Shown here: piece after piece, positions 47,342 through 50,221 of the stretch
Layout: each line of letters opens with the position of its first letter
Numbering within the stretch: the first letter of the stretch is position 1
Source of the DNA: Bacteroidales bacterium
GTDB lineage: Bacteria > Bacteroidota > Bacteroidia > Bacteroidales > VadinHA17
Direction of reading: 5' to 3'
Assembly: GCA_021163295.1 (NCBI GenBank)
Contig: JAGGXD010000213.1
Location: 1 to 50,221, forward strand
DNA length: 50,221 bases
Program-made: the position numbers and the translations under genes
The notes under the pieces: model-generated
Told to the model about the DNA's origin: nothing
The model's database searches: none
The model's input: the letters and a program-made list of their open reading frames with translations, nothing else

Positions 47342-47727
47342 ACGAAGTAGAAAATGCAATCAGCAAAATGGATTTCCAATATTTTGGAACCGGACAACAC
47401 AAGATCGATGCAGAATCATTTCTTAAAAAAGAAGATTCAGTATTTTTAGATGTCCGTGCAAAAGAAGAAACAGAAACAATAAAAATTGTTTTGAAACATC
47501 ATCTTCCCGTGATTGAAATACCGCTTCATGAACTTCCATCAAGACTAAATGAGTTGCCAAAAGACAAACATATTGGAGTATTCTGTTCCAGTGGAGTAAG
47601 ATGCTCGATTGCTTTTGCTTACCTGAAACACAAAGGTTTTGAAAACGTAAGAATTGTTGAAGGCGGTTACGTACAGCTTCTAGATGCTTTAAACCCCGGT
47701 AAAGTATATAAACATTTAAATAAATAG
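47338..47727 (+). CDS. Single-domain rhodanese (sulfurtransferase)
   Basis: FLDVR, active-site FCSSGVR and VEGGY. Confidence 0.9.
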   Translation: MNEVENAISKMDFQYFGTGQHKIDAESFLKKEDSVFLDVRAKEETETIKIVLKHHLPVIEIPLHELPSRLNELPKDKHIGVFCSSGVRCSIAFAYLKHKGFENVRIVEGGYVQLLDALNPGKVYKHLNK

Positions 47728-47739
47728 GGAGCGAAAAAT

Positions 47740-48534
47740 ATGAATATCTGGTTATTATCGCTTATTATACTGGCAATCGCAGTATTTATGGTCATGACAG
47801 GGCATGGTGGAGGAAATTTCTTTATTATAGCATTGGTTTTAGCGGGAATTGAAATGCATGTTGCTGCTGCTTCCGTTCAGTTTATTCTGTTTACAGCAGC
47901 TTTTTTTGCCATGGTTGTTTTTGGAAGAAAGAAATTCGTGGAATGGAAATTAGCTGTTATTATGGGCGTCTTAATTGGAATATCAGCTCTTTTAGGAGGC
48001 TTTCTTTCCGATTATGTAGAAGGGAAATGGCTCAAACTTATTTTATCTGTTTTGCTATTCTTCCTTGCTATTTTAATGTTAAAACCCTTTATAGCAAACC
48101 CGGTTGAAACTATAAAAACAGGTTGGAAATATTTGGACATAAAATCGTTTGATAAAACACTTACGTATTCTGTTAATCTTTTAATTATTGTTCCAGTAGT
48201 TTTAGTTTTTGGATTTGTTGCGGGAATGGTAGGAATATCGGGTGGCTCCTTCATGGTTCCGTTACTTGTATTGGTATGCAAAGTGCCAATGAAAAATGCT
48301 GTTGCTACCGCAAGTACATTGGTTGCCGTTTCAGCATTATCCGGTTTTATCGGACATGCAGCTGCAGGACATTTTGACTATCGTATTGCTGTTCCTCTTG
48401 CTATTGGCGGAGCCATTGGAGGTCTTATCGGAGGTAGTATTGCCATTAAAACAAAACCAAAATTGCTGAAAATTCTCTTTGCTATTACAACTCTTGTTGC
48501 AGCTATTATTATGGCTTATAAAATTTTTTACTAA
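47740..48534 (+). CDS. TauE/SafE family sulfite exporter
   Basis: GHGGG and GMVGISGGSFMVP repeats; about 8 TM helices. Confidence 0.9.
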   Translation: MNIWLLSLIILAIAVFMVMTGHGGGNFFIIALVLAGIEMHVAAASVQFILFTAAFFAMVVFGRKKFVEWKLAVIMGVLIGISALLGGFLSDYVEGKWLKLILSVLLFFLAILMLKPFIANPVETIKTGWKYLDIKSFDKTLTYSVNLLIIVPVVLVFGFVAGMVGISGGSFMVPLLVLVCKVPMKNAVATASTLVAVSALSGFIGHAAAGHFDYRIAVPLAIGGAIGGLIGGSIAIKTKPKLLKILFAITTLVAAIIMAYKIFY

Positions 48535-48550
48535 TAAATACCTGTCAGCT

Positions 48551-48585
48551 TAACAGAGAGGGGAATAAGAAACCCCTCTTTGTTT
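48551..48585 (+). terminator. Hairpin between the TauE and porin genes
   Basis: AACAGAGAGGG...CCCTCTTTGTT followed by TT. Confidence 0.5.
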
Positions 48586-48601
48586 TAAAACAGAAAAACT
48601 T

Positions 48602-49945
48602 GTGTTTAAAAAGGAATTATTAATTATTTGTTTCCTGGCATTAATTGCCGATATAAAGTTGTTTGCACAAAAGGATTCTTCTAAAATAGAGTTTGATGCA
48701 AGTATCCGCGAACGCTTCGAACTATGGGATGGTATGAATAAAAAAAATTATGGAGATGATAATCCCGAAGCAATCGGTTCTCTTGATGATAAAACACTTT
48801 ATCAAAGAATTATTGCAGGTTTTGTTTTTCATCCAACAACATCCATCGATATTTCTGCCCATTTGCAGGACTCGCGCACTTTTGGCTGGTCATTACGAAA
48901 TGCTGAATATCCCGATTTGTTTAAGGTAAAAGCTAAAAATACCCAAGAGCCCTACTACATTATGAATCCAAATGAAGAGTTTTTTGAAATCCATGATTTA
49001 TACATGGAATATCGTAACTTAATCAAAAATTTAACTCTTACGATTGGAAGACAAAAAATATCTTATGGCGACCATCGCGTTTTTGGTCCCGGAAAATGGG
49101 GCAATACAGGACGCTGGACATGGGATGCGATAAAAATTTCCTATAAAAACGGTTCGAATTTTATTGACATTTTGGGTGGTGGAACTAAAATCCATGATCC
49201 GGAAAAAATTTCAATACCTTTTATCAAAACAGAATTCTGGGGAGGTGGTTTATATGCACATTATGAATGGGAAAAAGTTGTAGATATTGAACCTTTTTAT
49301 GCATTAAAGAATGAAGGATCGTCAGATTATGCCAGAACACTCAATTTTACAAGACATTGGGTAGGGATTCGTTTATTTAATAACAATTTTTATCATTTTG
49401 TTTATGATATTACCGTAAATAAAGAATTTGGGAATGAGAATAACAAAACAATAGATGCCTATGGTATACTTGCTAAATTTGGATATCAGTTTAATTTTCT
49501 ACCGGCTAAACCCATATTATCTATAAGGGAAAGTTACGCATCTGGTGGAACTGTGGGGAATAAGATAAAAACATTTGACCCGGCTTATGGTTCGCGTGAC
49601 AGTTACTATGGCAGAATGAACATCGTCAAATGGTCAAATATTGACGACTATGAAATTTTGTTAGATATGTTTCCTGTTAAAAATATGAAAATTGAAATGA
49701 ACTATCACTGGTTTTATGTTCCTGTGCCGGATGATGTTACATTGCTTGGAACCATGAAATTGCAAACAGGTAAACAACATTTAGGCAATGAGTTTGATAT
49801 CTTTGCCAGTTACCAGGTATTAAAACAATTGCAGATTGTAACTGTTTTTGGTTATTTCATGCCAGGAGATATTCAACCCATAAATAATCACGATGCGAAA
49901 AATGCTACTTGGTTTGCATTTCAATTACTTTACAAATTTAAATAA
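48602..49945 (+). CDS. Alginate-export (AlgE-like) family outer membrane beta-barrel
   Basis: Signal peptide; RERFE, LQDSR, IGRQKISYGDHR, ASG, TFDP and LGNEFD; aromatic C-terminus. Confidence 0.8.
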   Translation: MFKKELLIICFLALIADIKLFAQKDSSKIEFDASIRERFELWDGMNKKNYGDDNPEAIGSLDDKTLYQRIIAGFVFHPTTSIDISAHLQDSRTFGWSLRNAEYPDLFKVKAKNTQEPYYIMNPNEEFFEIHDLYMEYRNLIKNLTLTIGRQKISYGDHRVFGPGKWGNTGRWTWDAIKISYKNGSNFIDILGGGTKIHDPEKISIPFIKTEFWGGGLYAHYEWEKVVDIEPFYALKNEGSSDYARTLNFTRHWVGIRLFNNNFYHFVYDITVNKEFGNENNKTIDAYGILAKFGYQFNFLPAKPILSIRESYASGGTVGNKIKTFDPAYGSRDSYYGRMNIVKWSNIDDYEILLDMFPVKNMKIEMNYHWFYVPVPDDVTLLGTMKLQTGKQHLGNEFDIFASYQVLKQLQIVTVFGYFMPGDIQPINNHDAKNATWFAFQLLYKFK

Positions 49946-49964
49946 CTAAACTGGGGAAACTAAA

Positions 49965-50099
49965 AAGCACGAAACGCTAACAATATATAAAAATAATAGC
50001 CGGTTTAGTAGTGAACTCAAGGGTTGTAGCCCGCTTCAACTTCATCGTAAATTGAAAGTTTTGATTACCGCAATTGGCTACTATTCTTATATTCACCGT
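49965..50099 (+). other. attC-like imperfect hairpin at the cassette end, interrupted by an IS
   Basis: ...CGCTAAC, then arm ATATAAAAATAATAGCCGGTT pairing with AATTGGCTACTATTCTTATAT, ending in CACCGT at the IS junction. Confidence 0.6.
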
Positions 50100-50221
50100 C
50101 AGACTGTCTAAAAACCTCTTGATCTTGTTCATAACTTTATGATAAAAATCCAGATTAAAAGACTGATTATTAGTATCTTTAAGTATGAAATTCATAAAAG
50201 GAGACAACCGAACACAAATCA
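50100..50221 (+). mobile_element. Left end of a second IS1182 copy (runs off the window)
   Basis: IR CAGACTGTCTAAAAACCT matches the reverse complement of 46886-46903 at 15/18; ATG 50185 MKFIKGDNRTQI is near-identical to 46172. Confidence 0.85.

Noticed and set aside
49977-50207. 76-aa minus-strand ORF (and 46907-47143)
   Set aside because: They overlap the attC-like hairpin, IS end or ArsR promoter and are probably spurious.
33900-50221. Canonical integron, prophage or ICE
   Set aside because: No intI or other tyrosine recombinase, relaxase, conjugation or phage genes are in the window.

Overview
AT-rich bacterial DNA that looks like Bacteroidota (T9SS C-terminal domain, TTTG-N~20-TAnnTTTG promoters, CusA-TolC fusion); the taxon is inferred from these traits. 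About 1-33 kb is core-like chromosome. It carries two sugar-oxidation loci (Gfo/Idh/MocA dehydrogenases, DUF1080, a TIM-barrel enzyme, ThuA, a URO-D-like protein), one with a tetraheme NapC/NirT cytochrome fused to an FGE/SUMF1-fold domain. It also carries rlmN, an internally deleted phosphoesterase pseudogene, an HD hydrolase, a gingipain-like C25 protease, a propeller-SpoIIE sensor phosphatase, a long KamA radical SAM, a LiaF/LytS/LytTR system, a transglutaminase-like protein and an Omp85 fusion. From tRNA-Asp (33734-33807) to the end is an accessory island. It holds a duplicated tRNA 3' end, a single CRISPR-like repeat cut by IS630, an IS3 fragment, a 10-gene czc-type metal-efflux module between two covarying hairpins, an eroded IS1182, and an ArsR-rhodanese-TauE-porin operon. 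The most notable non-coding signal is that this last operon is bounded like an integron gene cassette: GTTAGCG... at its start pairs with ...CGCTAAC plus a long imperfect hairpin at its end. Related IS1182 copies sit at the same CCGT at both boundaries, and no integrase is present in the window. All calls come from motif reading, without database searches.
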